DNA of 64,000 nucleotides from Gonapodya sp. JEL0774 (lineage: Eukaryota). Made by a program: the position numbers and the translations under genes. Below are positions 26,962 through 39,621 of this stretch, piece by piece; the first letter of the stretch is position 1; the number at the start of each line of letters is the position of its first letter. Where the stretch lies: the NCBI GenBank assembly GCA_027604505.1, contig JADIIX010000073.1:1-64000 (forward strand), in the 5' to 3' direction. The notes under the pieces are model-generated. The model saw only the letters and a list, made by a program, of their open reading frames with translations. It did no database searches and was not told the origin of the DNA.

Positions 26962-28138
26962 TGCTTAAAGTAGGGCGAGGCTAGAATGAGTGAGTGTTCG
27001 GGTCTTGGAGTAGGAATCGGACGATATTGGCACGTTGTAGTTTGACGTCGAGGCGTTTTGGAATGAACGCGAGGCAAGCGCGGCCACAAGGAATGCCACG
27101 ACTCTGAGCTCGAGTCGCGTCACTAGAGCGGGGCGTACAATCAGCTTTCAGTGGGTGCGTGAAGTAATGTCCTTGAAATCCGTGTTTGCTTTTGGTGGCG
27201 TGTGTGGACGAATGCCGGGAAAGCCGGCAATTATGATCGAACAAACTAAAACCACCGCACAAAAATTCCAGGAATGAATCACTTTTGTTTGCAGGAGAAT
27301 CTAGGCAAGGCAAGAAGTGTCGACACTTTTCAATGTTCCCATACATCTATCATGAGTTTACGCTCAGGAACTCTAATATGAACAAGCATCCACGCATGAT
27401 GATCTCGATTTTGCCGGTAACCGCAGGGAGTTTGGATTTGTCTTGCCTGTGCGATTGTCACTTGGTTTTGCTGTATGCTCATGGAATAGTCGATTTGCCA
27501 ATTCTTTGGCCGGTCGCGGAATTCTAACTCGAGTCGAAGGACTAGAGCACTGACGGGCGTTCACGATCGCGCCCTTGTTCACTTAAGTTCCGTATTACAG
27601 GCGAGCATTCATTTCTCTTCCGTCTTTTTCTCGTATGTGTGTTTGTTGTCGCCGACACCAGTATATGTGACTTTTCGCATCCACGGAAAGCCCACGGATC
27701 AGAAGTTCAGTGATTGAAGGATAGTATTGGCCGCGTCGCTGCGTTTTCGTCGTGTGCGAAAGTAGTGATATTCATGATGATGATTGGCATTGCGCACGCC
27801 AAAAATGAACTACCGTGATTCAAACAAACGTTCCTCGTTTCTGAGAGTCAACACCCCTCTTCCTGGCTACTATATAGTTGTCTGGATCTGTTGAGTCCCA
27901 ATATTTTGATCAGGATAAATGCCTACGGGATGAGGCCCGCTCAAGGCAGAATTGGCAATAGAACATATATGGAGTCGTAGATTATTTGCAGGTGCTCTTG
28001 GATGGTGGGGGAACCAAGACAAGCAGAGTTCAAATACTGTGGCTTGGTTGCTGTTGCATATATGGGCGGGGTTGCACACATCTAGCACATCCCACGAGCC
28101 GTCGAAGCAGAGACACACATCCGATTCAATTCACTTTC

Positions 28139-31100
28139 ATGAAACAACTCACCGTCGAGCTCCCCGGGCCGCACCCCCCCAATGAGACAGCGATTCGCCG
28201 CTCTTATCTTGCGGTGGATGGCCTGGTCAAGCGTCCCAGAATATTGGATGATCCTGAGCACGGAATCGATTCGCTTCTGCGCGCCGAAGGAATTCCGTGC
28301 CCACCCCAAAACACGGTGCACGAGCTCATGGTGCGTTTGCTAGAAGTTCTGTGACTGAAGACGGAAGAGCTTGTGAGAGCGGTTCTCTATTGCGTTGGTC
28401 TCGTCCGTACTTCGCACTGCGTGAATCGAATTCACCCCAACTCCGGCCTCCATGCCCATCTTTTTCGATGTTCTCTGGAAAATCTTCTCTAATTTGCTTG
28501 TTCTTGTTTCCTCTTTAGGTGTACGCAGCCTACAAACACAAGGGGAAGCCTGGTATTGGCTATCGTGATCTCATCGACATCAAGACCGAGGTCAAGGACG
28601 GCAAGACCTGGTCCTCTTACCAACTGTCATCGTATCGATGGCTCACGACTGATGTATTCGTGAAGGCCGCCTGGAAGCTTGGCGAGAAGTTTAAGGCCCT
28701 TGGATATGGAGATAAGACAGATGCACCGGCGCCGAGGAGGATGCTTTTGTTTGCGAACTCTAGGTAAGACATTGCGGATTGCTTTCTTGTCCGCTTCAGT
28801 GGCTTATACATACTTTTTTCTTTTTTGTCCACTCATGAAACTAATTTCGTCACACCCACCGCACAGTCACGAGTGGACAATAACCGCGCAAGCATGTTTC
28901 TCACAGGGAATAACAGGTTCGACTCTGTGTGAATGGCTTGTCTTCTCAAAATTAAATCTTTTAATGTTTGGATCCTTAGTGGCGACTCTTTTCACCGCGC
29001 TCGGCGCGGATGGGTACGTTCGAAAATAGTCATGATTGCTCGCACTGGACCTTCTAACCACCTGACTCTAACAGCCTTACGACTGCCTGTCGGGAATGCG
29101 AGCCACTTGCGATTTTCACCACTCCCGAGTTCCTCCCCATCATCATCGAGACCGCTTCAGCGGGCAAAATCTCTCCCCGAGTAAGGACGGTGATCCTCAG
29201 CGCTACGGACATGCCAGTCGTGCCGGAAAACGATAAGGAGAAATCCAAAGTTGATGGACTGCGTGACAAGTTGAAGGGTTTAGGATGGACTGTACATTCG
29301 TTTTTGGAACTTGTTGGAGACTTTGGTGCTGTTGGCGATGTGAAACCGCCAACAAAGAATTTGCCGAAAGCAGATGATGAGGCGGTCATTATGTATACGA
29401 GGTAAGATGGAACTCACAGTCAACTGCGATACCTTCCTCTATTTACGATAAATGATGGAATAACGAAATCCAACAGTGGGACCACTGGTGACCCGAAAGG
29501 GATCCTCTTGACTCACGGAGCTATTTGTGCTACAGTAGGAGGAGCCGAATTACATATTGGGCCCGACCTCAAGCACCGTCTGTCCGAGATCTCAAAGCAC
29601 TACCCAAGTGGCTCGAGAGTCTACAAGGCAAATAAGGATGATGTTGATGTGTACATGGCCTTCTTGCCAACTGTGAGTTCTCCCTCACTCGTGTTGTTTC
29701 GAATTGAAATTGCCTGGTCGCTCATCGCCCGATGCTTATCTGTAAGTCGCACATCCTTGAGTTCGTCGTAGTCCACGCTTTGATTCTTATGGGTTGCCCG
29801 CTGGGTACTGCAAGAGTCCGCACGCTTCTTTCGGCTACTGTTCCTGGCTGCAAACCTGACATTCAGGAGTTAGCCCCGACCATTATGGCTGGCGTACCCG
29901 TGAGTTTGACGTCTTTTGAGACACATTTTTGTTATCGGCTCACAATTTGATTTCCCAGACCATTTGGGAGCGAATTAGGAAGCAAGTTGGCCGCACTCTG
30001 GCATCTCAGTCCCCTCTCGTTCAAAATCTGTTTGCAGGCGCTATCGTTGCCAAGAGGATGCTCAACAGTTACGACCCGTTTTCATTGATCATACCACCCT
30101 CCTCTTTCCTGAATTCATATACCGCAAACACAATTCTGAAGTCCGCTCTGGACCGGGCAATCTTCGCGAAGGTTCGGGCGGTTACCGGTGGTCGACTTCG
30201 AGCGTGTTTATCAGGTGGCGCCCCTCTGGCTCCAGATACCCGGGTTTGGATGACGAGCGTTCTTTGTCCAGTCCTCGTGGGATACGGTTTAACGGAAAAT
30301 TGTGCGATGTCAACTCTTGACGAGATAGACCATGTGTACGGGGACCAACGCAGTGTCGGCGGACTCGCTCCTCACATCGAGATGAAATTCATAGATTTTG
30401 AGGACGGTGGATATTTTGCCAAGGACGGGAAAGGTGAAATCTTGACAAGAGGTGAGAGAATTGTACAACACATTCTGTGAGCCGTCATGATTCACATCGT
30501 ACGTTAATCAGGGCCTTCTCATATGCGTGAATACTTCAAGCGACCTGATCTCACAGCTGAAAGCATCGATGCAGACGGATGGTTCAGAAGTGGGGGTGAG
30601 TTGACCAAGTGTGTGGTGAGAAGAAAGCAAGTTGTTAACTTGCAAGTTGCAACATGACAGATATCGGGGAGTGGCTTCCAGATGGAGCTTTGATGATTAT
30701 TGACAGACGAAAGAATTTGATCAAGGTGGGAATATAAGCTCATTAAACATGATGTCGTGAACTTTTGACATCATCTTTGCGAAGCTCTCTCATGGGGAGT
30801 ACATCGCAGTCGAGAGACTCGAATCTTTGGTAAGCTTCGGTGCTGGTTTTTGTGTAGGCATAACTGATGCTTGTGTCCACTGTCAGTACACCCATAGCAA
30901 ACTCGTACACAACATTTGCTTGTATGCCCACCCGTCGAGGGACTTCGCAATTGCAATTGTTGTTCCTGACGAGAATGTGGGACTAATTACATCTTCTGTT
31001 ATTGCCTGTAGTGTTGCTCACTCGTTTATGTCTTCACAGGAACTTCGCAAGATTACTTCATCAGATGACTCCCGTCCCTTCCACGACCTCTGTAAAGACT

Positions 31101-31321
31101 CCAAAATCCTCGCTGGTGCACTCAAAACTCTTCAGGCTGTAGCCAAAGAAGCCAAGCTCGCCCCTGCTGAGATTGTGAAGGGAATCGTTCTTGACCATGT
31201 GGAGTGGACCGTCGACAATGGTATCATGACTCCAAGCTCCAAAGTGAAGAGGAGGGAAGTTGAAAAGAAGTACGCGGTCCAAATTGCACAAGTTTACGAC
31301 AGTGTAGCAGAGAGGAACTGA
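28139..31321 (+). CDS. Long-chain fatty acyl-CoA synthetase (FAA1/FAA4-like)
   Basis: Motifs IMYTSGTTGDPKGILLTH, YMAFLP..HILE, GGRLRACLSGGAPL, GYGLTE, GEILTRG, DGWFRSG, IIDRRKNLIK..HGEYIA.E.LE and WTVDNGIMTPSSKVKR are present. Confidence 0.95.
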
Positions 31322-31558
31322 GATCACGCGTATGAGCTCTATTAAACAAAACTGAGCCGTGGAATCGTCTCTAAAACACAATTTGACATGAATGCAACCC
31401 AAAATAATTTGCAAATCAACATATGTACGTTATTCAACATGCTCGGGAATGTCAGCAGGAGTGCCTGTGCTCAAGTAATAGACCGGCGTACCCGAGAAAA
31501 CCATCCATCTTCACAACTCCGATGTGCGATAACCTTGGATTGTTCTGAGAAGCTCTTT

Positions 31559-34500
31559 CTAACCCACCCGACCAATCACCGATATTGGTTCGGCCGTCGC
31601 AGCAGGCTTTGAGTTGATTATCGGCATTGCGGCGGCGTGGCTGTCATCCAGACCACCCGTCCATGTATTCCGGTGAGAAGACTTGGATGAGCTTACCAAC
31701 GTATCGCTGGGGCCCCAAACTGCGCTCATGGGTCGGGCTCGCGGTTGGAACTCTCGAAGATCACGGAGATTCGAGTGAACAGACCACAGTGGAACATTCA
31801 CCGTAGGAATACACGTCGCTGACCGAAGATGTGGTGCTGAACTCGACACAGGGTTAAAGGAGAGAGATCCGTTCACAGACTCCGATGCTGTCAAAGGTGA
31901 AGACCTTGCAGAGGATAGCCGCACCAGTGAGTCATCGTACTCCGTGAGGACGGAAACTCTTGAGCTAGGCCCAGTCCATACCGCTGGGCTTGCAGATCTG
32001 GCACCTTGCCGGGTCAAACCACTGCTTGCGTTGACAATCTTAGCACGTCCGCCAAGGACAGCTGCAACCTGCTCCGCAAGAGGCTCTGCCTCGTACATGA
32101 CACCAAGCGGGACGCCTATTTGAGGGCGCGGGGGTGATTTCGGCAGTACTTCCGTCTCGGATTTGGACATATCCGAAGGCTGTCCAAGGGGTAACGCGGA
32201 AATTGCGAGCGGCGTTGTTGCAGATACAGGAAAAGGAGAATTATCGCGACGGTCTGACGCAGATCGTCGGAGCAGGTGACGCGAGTCCGAACCGACTGGT
32301 TCCACAGCGACAGTTCCTGTTTCTGGTATCGTCTGTTGTGATGCACTTTCCGTGCTTGTGTCGTCTTTCGGCCATCCTGAAGCGCTCGGGGGGTTTGAAG
32401 AAATGGGCTTTGAAGATCGATCTCTCAACGACTTCTCTTTTGTTACCACCCACTCCCGACCATGGAAGAAGATGCCCTCCAACTCTACGAGCCGACCAAC
32501 CATGCCAACGTCTGGCATGACACCCGGTGCCCTTCTTCGGACAAACTCGTAAGCAACACGCATGTCCACCTTCAGGGTTCTCATAATATATGCCATTACC
32601 AAACTGGCCGATCTGGCCACCCCTTGAGAGCATGTTACCAGGATAGGCTTGTGAAGAAAGCGAGCATGATCGATGAGGTGAAAGCAAAGCGCGAGATCCG
32701 GTAGTGTGGTTGCGGCATCCCATTTCTCCCCCGATGAAATCCACGATGGTCGGTCATGATGGAGGAGATTTGTGTGCGTCCACGGTAAATGAAGTGTGTG
32801 TAAATGCAAGACATGTGTTTGAAAGGGTTCGCCGGAAGCTGGTGGGCTCGGGAGACCATGCTGAAGATTCGAAGTCCCGGTGCATCCGTCTTTTTGTTGG
32901 CTAGCCAGCGCAATCGAAATCTGATCGGGTCGCATCGACTCTCTATGGCGATGTGCTTCATGTAGCGACAATGGCTCCCATTCACCCGCCTTGACAGACA
33001 TGCTTCTGGGTGGGCTCACTCTATTCTGAGTGGCACGATCTTTCTGCATCAGAGCGGGGTTGCTATGTTCCCGGCCTCCACTTCCATCCTTCAGACTGCC
33101 TCCTCTTCCCAACTTCACCGAGCTACTCTTTTCCCAAGCACGGTTGCCATTCCGTTCCCTTTCCTTCAGAAAAGTGTTGCAGCCCATCGTTTGTACCTCA
33201 CATCCGACAATCCTGCCCTCCACGTCTAATTGCACCTCGCTTTGAACCTCCCAGACTGTTCCATAACTCTTCTTAACATCATCTACGGGCTGATGCGGCG
33301 TCCGGTACCTCCTCACTTCTCCTGACACAGTAGGCGCTCCAACAACGGGGTTTACAACCTCTTCAGCCACGTTGACAAGGAATCGCACCCCAAGACTCCG
33401 TAACGTGTCGCAATTGGAAGCGTTATCCTTCGACCCGAGGTAAAGGAAAGGCAGCACGCAGGCAGGACCATACTTATACGGGTCGAGAACAATTGTTTCA
33501 GTGTCGAGGGAGCGCGTCGCTGTACGATGAGGTGAGCGAGATCGGGCAGATGACAGTGAAGGGAGCGAAGGAAGAGCACATGCCACGGACGGATGAGGTG
33601 TCGTCGGATACATCCGTGGAGTGGGAGGAGCAGGATGGAGGGAGGACTGCGTTGATACGGTAGACGAGCGCAGACCGAAACCGAACGGATTGACATTTGA
33701 TGTTGTAGGCGGTCCGAATTCATCCGGGGTGAAGTAAACGCTTGTAGACGACATTGGATCCTGAATAGGTACAGTTGCTGGTTCTTGAGGTGTATCCGGA
33801 ATCGCTAACTTTAAACCTAGTCCACCTCTGCGTCCTGTACCTCGTCGAGAAAGAGGTTGAGAAGCCATTGCCGTTGATGGAGATGTGAGGATGGTGTCGG
33901 TGATTCCTGGTCGAGCACCGCCGTCAGGGGCGGGTGCGGCACAGGTGTCCGAAATCAACTGCTCTCCTAGCGGAGATTTGGACCCTATCCGGAGAGAAAG
34001 ATTTCCCGTATTTCGCTTTTGAGAAAACGACTTGGGCTTTGACGCAACAACCGAAGTTGGAGCGAGGATTGGGGGTGTCCCCCTTCCGTTGTTCTCCTGC
34101 AGTGGAGACGGGGACCGAGATGGCAATTCAGAAGATGATACCACCGAAAGAGCGTTGTGCAATGCCAGTGCAGCGATTGGCGGAGGAGACGATCTTTTTG
34201 AGGAAGTTGTGCGACGCAAAGTTGGAGGTGGCGGAGGAGAGCGGGCCTTTCCGAAGAACGGAAGTTGGAATTCGGTGGTTGAGCGAAGAAGCATTTGTGA
34301 GGAGTTGGGCCTCGTGGGACTCCTTCGAGTTTAATTCCACATTGTTGAGAGTGTGCACTTCCATTACGTCAAGATTTACTCACTGAGGGCGTTTCCTCCA
34401 TTCACCACGAACGTTCTCCGCTTTTGTACCACCCGTAGCTCCCCAAACACGTTGTTCAGGATCATTTTCTCCAGCCAGGGCCCCGATGATGAACTCCGAT

Positions 34501-34958
34501 GTAGCACCGGCTTTGGAGAATATGGAAATTAAAGGGGGCATATCTGGAGTAGGAACCCTCTGAGGTAAACATTCCGCAGCCAGCGGCGGTGTCGCCGCCC
34601 TCGGCGATAGTGGCCGAATAAGCGTTGCAGGGGTTTCTGGGGTCCAAGGAGTGAAAGGCGGGGGTGAGGTAAGGTCTGATCCGGTACTGAAATGCGATGA
34701 ATGTGATTGACGACCAGTGCCGGGTTTAATTGGAGGTATCGTGGGTAGGTAGAGGCCACTCCCCTCCTGGGCGAGCGGTGCGACTGGGGGTGGTTCAGGT
34801 GAAGGATTGGGGGGAAATCGAGATGGTGGCTGTTGAGAGGTAGGTGAGAAGTTGTATTTGCGAGGCGAGATCGAAGGGTAGAGGTCAATTGGTGAGGAAG
34901 GGAGTGAGAGGGAAAGCATTGGGCGAGATTTGAATTGCCTGTGGAAGTGGTTGGACAT
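31559..34958 (-). CDS. Dual-specificity MAP kinase phosphatase, Msg5/Sdp1/Pmp1-like
   Basis: Motifs YGPACVLPFLYLGS, LHLPWTH, the P-loop VTCSQGVARSASLVMAYIM and AYEFVRRR are present. Upstream ORF 34380-34958 joins in frame through a GTGAGT...AAG intron (RPQ/SPTRPNSSQMLL). Confidence 0.87.
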
Positions 34959-37226
34959 AAGTTCCTGGCATATCGGACAATATCCACGCGGACAACGAAA
35001 TTTCACTAAGAGGTAAAGTGTGCTATGGCAGCAAGTTCCCATCTTTCCTCGATCTTCTCTGGGGGAATGGAGTAGCAACGACACGATGCGAGTGCAAATA
35101 TCGAGCTTGCACGGCACTGATCGTTTTGCGTCGTCCAGAGACATATGGTGCAGAAGAGCTCAGCAACTGTTACGGGTGACATTACACTCCTTTCGGGAAG
35201 ATGGATGCAACAGCACCGTTTCGAGCTCGTAAAGTTGAGGCGCCCAACACGCTTGTCCTCTCGAACTGTACATTTCATGCCATCTGCCGTGACTCCTCTA
35301 TTCTTCAGTCAGTTCCACTTCCAGTGAAAATCCTCAAACTCTCCTGCCCAATCGCACTTTTGTGTCAGTCTCTGCTCAGCGTGACGAATGTGCATCTCTT
35401 CGCTACCGCGACCAAAAGAGCTAGTTCTGACACACTTTATATCAAGGATTCGCCCAATTTCGAATCGCAACGCCTGCTTCTGTCTCACTCTTCTTCGCTG
35501 AACAGAAATCTGCGACCGCACCGAACTCCTATGCAAGCGATGGTTTCACTCTCAACCACGCTGCTCCCTCCGTGGCGAAACTTTTCAAGAGTGCCACCTC
35601 GAGAGAGGGTGTGTCACATAAAGAAGCTACAGGTTCTGGTGCGCGGTAGCTGGGTCCCCGGAGGGCGCGGCGACAGAACTCGCATTGCCCTAGACAAGCA
35701 GCTCCACCCACCTGTGGCAGGATTGGCAACTCTTCCTTCCGTGTATCCGTTGAGTCGGCCCCTATCCGTGAGTATTTGCCTTGATTTTCTTCTCAGAGCT
35801 TGGGTAAGGGTGGTGCCGCTAATGAGAACTCGGAGTCAGCGGGACCCACCGCCACGCCGCAACTTCTTCGGCCAAACCTTGACAGCACTTTTCAAGGAGC
35901 ACCTCCAAAAAATCGTGAGCACGCTCAGCTTCTTAAAATCTTGAGAATTCCATGAGACTTTATGGTGGAATAGAAAGGATCATAGGTGACGAGAAAGTCA
36001 TAGCAAGCTCCCCAGATCGATCCGACCGAGGAGAACAACGAATCCCACGCAATGAAAGAAGATACATGAACATTCCACAAACATGAGGGTGACGTAAGGA
36101 GTTGGACCGGGCTAGACTTGTTGATTTGACAGGACTCGTTTTGGCTCTGATTGTTCCCCCCTTACAGACATGATGGTTGCGTCAAGACTGTTTTCATTCA
36201 AGAGAAATGGATCGGGGTATCACATATCACAATTACGTAGACATAGATCCCTGAAATCAGTCATCTTGGCAATTTTGATGAATGTGGGCTGTTCATTCAT
36301 GAACGGCCGACGGTCGCGAGAGGATATATGTGATCTCCGTTGCAATCATGACTGCACGAAGCGATGTGTATCAGTTCTGGATCCAAAATATCTGATCGCT
36401 ATATGCACTAAAACCCAACTAAATGAGATTGTAGCAACTCTCTGGATGCAGTTGGAATACCGATGTTGTTTGCTACCACAAACCCACTCGCGCAAGCCCT
36501 TTCGAGTTATGTCTATACAATACGTGGATAATGCTCATCTTAGTTGAGTCTGCTCCGTGGGTTCATTTTGTTGATATGTCTTCCCCCCTGCGTGGCATGC
36601 AGTGCTGCAATCACCTTGCTTCCCACCTTCGACTGATAATCCGGTCATCCATAAATTCAAAAAGGATAAGTCTTAAGGGCAGAATCAGGACTTTGCTCTG
36701 TTGTTCACATATTGTTGTTCTTGTTTACTTGTCTCGGCGGGAGTAATAGGTTGCGTGGTCAGCAGGAACTAACCAACTTCTCTACCGTGTCTGTCGGCTG
36801 TAAGCCGGCGGTACCAAGAGTGCCAGCAGGTGTTGCTGGGAAATTGCAATGGTTTTGAATTCTGGAACCTTTGCCAATGATATTACATATAACTGCCCAT
36901 CGTCAGGTGGCAAACTTTCTCAATTTTAAGTTTCGTGGAGTCTCTTATATGATGGAGAGGTCTGAAGCGGTCGATTGTGCGCATATCAGTGCACTGTGGG
37001 GTGTGGACCAACAAGAATTGCCTGGTCGGCTGAAGCAGTTCAACCCTCTGCCGAAACTTCTCCCCCAACGCCACACAAATCAATCACGCCACCAAGCTTG
37101 AATCAATTTCGTTCCTGTCATCAATCATCTTCTGTAAGTCGCTTCTATCACCGAGTTCTGACATGCTCCGCTACTCATTCGACACACACCGACAATCCCG
37201 CTGCCCTCAGTGTCGATCAGGATAAA

Positions 37227-38801
37227 ATGACATCCCCCGTTGGACAGTCGGTGAGTACCTGATTGGGTGCCAGAACAGGACATGTGTTCATGGTGACTTA
37301 AGCGGACCTCGGTCCCATCCTGCGGCGACGATCGAGGATTCCGCGCTTCCCGCATGTTTGTTTGGTTCCCTCTGACTGGTGACTCATCTCGCTGTTTTGA
37401 CATGATGATGATGTTTCGTTTCACTTAATTCCGTGTATTTTCCTTGACTACATCATCGCATCTTCGTCGCACCACGCTCTTACGACTCGTTTCCTTCACA
37501 ACCCTCGTGTTTCTCTCGTCATCCGTCCAACGCCAATCCTATGTTTTACCCTCGGAAACCACCCAAAGTGGGAGCACCTCTATCCAGGTCCTCCTGAAGG
37601 GTTCCTTCTCGAACCAATTTCGGTCTTCTACCCTCTCATTATCTTCGTGGGGCTGTTCGCTATCGGAGCCACGTATTTTCTGGCCAAGGATAAACCCCTC
37701 CACGACCAAGTCTTGATGGTGTACTTTGTTATTTCGGTACTCATTCATTTTAATCTGGAGAGATACTACGCACACGTAAGTTTGAGTGAGAGCCTTCACT
37801 GGTGCTTGGACTTAGCAAATACCGGGAGAAACTCAAAAACAAGTGGATCGATTCACCAGAGATGTAGGTGGCTCATCCATTTTGGTGTGGTTTTGGAAGG
37901 TCCTCAAGGATAGTTGCGATTGCGGTTGGTTGCTTAGTAAAAGTCCATCATCCGGACGATAAGCTTTCCATCTTTCTGAAACTGGCTTTTTGATGGGCGA
38001 GCTCATTTTTCAGTTGCCGCACCAGTGCTCATAATATCTTCCTATCGTATCTTACTGATGGTCATCGTCCTTCATCCGCAGTACAACCACACCATCCTCG
38101 ACCCCAACAACAACGACTTGATGGCCCGTATCTGGCGCCACTATGGAATCTCGGACACTCGCTGGTGCGTCTGACCTGCACAATCCACCCAAATGCTGCT
38201 TCTGTATCTCGCTCACCAAATTACCTTCAAACCATGCTTCAACAGGTGGGGTCAACAACCCCATATTCCGAGATCCGAGTATGGTTGCATGTATGGCCTT
38301 GAATGGCTCGCCGCATGGGAATGCGGGCCACTAGTACTGCTTACGTTGGTTCTGTCTCTGTTCTGCATTTCACGAAGCAAACCATCTTATGTTCTCTGCG
38401 CTCAATCAATCCTTCATCTCGAACAAGCATAATTCTCGCCTACTTTAACTCTCCTTGGCGTTGGGCCGTCCAATCCGCAGCGGTTACCGCGCAAGCGTAC
38501 GGGCTCTTCATCACCTGGTTGCCCGCTGTGTACGAGAACCTCCAGTCTGTGCCAAGTGAGTTGGCAAATTCTCACTTATGAGGTCTTCGCCTTACCTGAT
38601 CAATCTGTAACCGTTCGCTTCCACTGGTGACCCACAGAGAACGACCCTGTACTCTTTTGGGGCTATTTCATTGGCTGGCAGTTCCCTTGGGCCCTCATTC
38701 CCGTGCTGGCCGTTGTCCAAGCTGGCTGGGAGACAACTAAGATGTTTAACAGGCTCAACGAACTGGAAGCACTGGTGGCTAAGCCGAAGAAAAAGAACTA
38801 G
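37227..38801 (+). CDS. Emopamil-binding-protein (EBP/EXPERA)-like sterol Delta8-Delta7 isomerase
   Basis: Exons read LIHFNLERYY, LMARIWRHYGISDTRW, GLEWLAAWECGPL, AQAYGLFITW and LFWGYFIGWQFPWALIP. The C-terminus KPKKKN resembles an ER-retrieval signal. Confidence 0.75.
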
Positions 38802-39042
38802 TTGGAACTGGATTTGGATCTGTGGTTGGTTGGGTGTGAAGTGCATGGGCAATGATAAACATTGTGTGGTCTGTGTGGGAAATGGTGGATCACTTTGGTG
38901 TGGGACCTGGGTTGTGGATGTTTCATACGTAACAGTATTGAACATAAATGATAATGTAAGACTTTGAGCTGTCTCTGAAATGCATGTGGCAGCTGCTTCC
39001 CGGCAAATTGGACAGCCATTTAATCGCCATCTCTGGTCCTTT

Positions 39043-39621
39043 AGTGAAACGGCAACCGCCTCTACAGTCCTTTGCACACGCTTTACTGCCAATGCGTCTG
39101 GATCGCAATAAATTTTGGACGACCTGAAAGATTCACAGGCGCTATGACAAGTACAGGACGTTACTGCGTACCCGTCAGCAGAAGGTGGAGGAATTTTCCG
39201 AGTGATTTCCGTGGAAGGAAAGGGTGAAGGGTAAAAAATGTGAAAAGGGATTGCCGCTGCAACAGCAGATGAGACACGCAACAGTGAGCGAGCTGATGAC
39301 CAGTCCAGATGTGCCGATAGCAATCAACTAACTTACCTGAATCGGATCGATGGATGGTTTGAGAACGAGAATATGACCTAGTTATGACTCCCCAGTAGCC
39401 GGCCCGTGCAACACTCCTAGTATCATTTTAAGGCTGAGTTTTGATGATAATTCAGGCCTCTAAACGACAATTTACGTGGCCGGTTAAAGTTTTCGGGGAA
39501 GCTGAGTTATACCAGCCTGTTCGGGTCCAGGTGGAGTAATGCCCGGTTGCAGGCTGGTAACCGAGCCTAAATGCATGGATGGGTGCGGTCATTCAGTCCG
39601 AATTTGGTTGTCGTGAACTGT
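39043..39621. repeat. Duplicated cassette, short block, copy A (~580 bp)
   Basis: Near-identical direct copy at 47758-48337. Confidence 0.95.

Noticed and set aside
35201..37101. ORFs 35201-35944, 36170-36547 and 36871-37101
   Set aside because: Composition is not protein-like and no family motifs are present, so this is treated as intergenic.
38160..38250. In-frame TGA in the EBP-like gene as possible selenocysteine
   Set aside because: The TGA lies inside a GTGCGT...AACAG intron whose removal restores the frame.
38592..39323. 243-aa minus-strand ORF overlapping the EBP-like 3' end
   Set aside because: Its 3' part is antisense to a real gene and copy B is frameshifted or stops early. It may be an exon remnant but is not called.
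39443..39490. SECIS-like ATGA...AAA motif
   Set aside because: There is no matching 3' GA quartet or proper helix II, and no upstream Sec-TGA gene was found.
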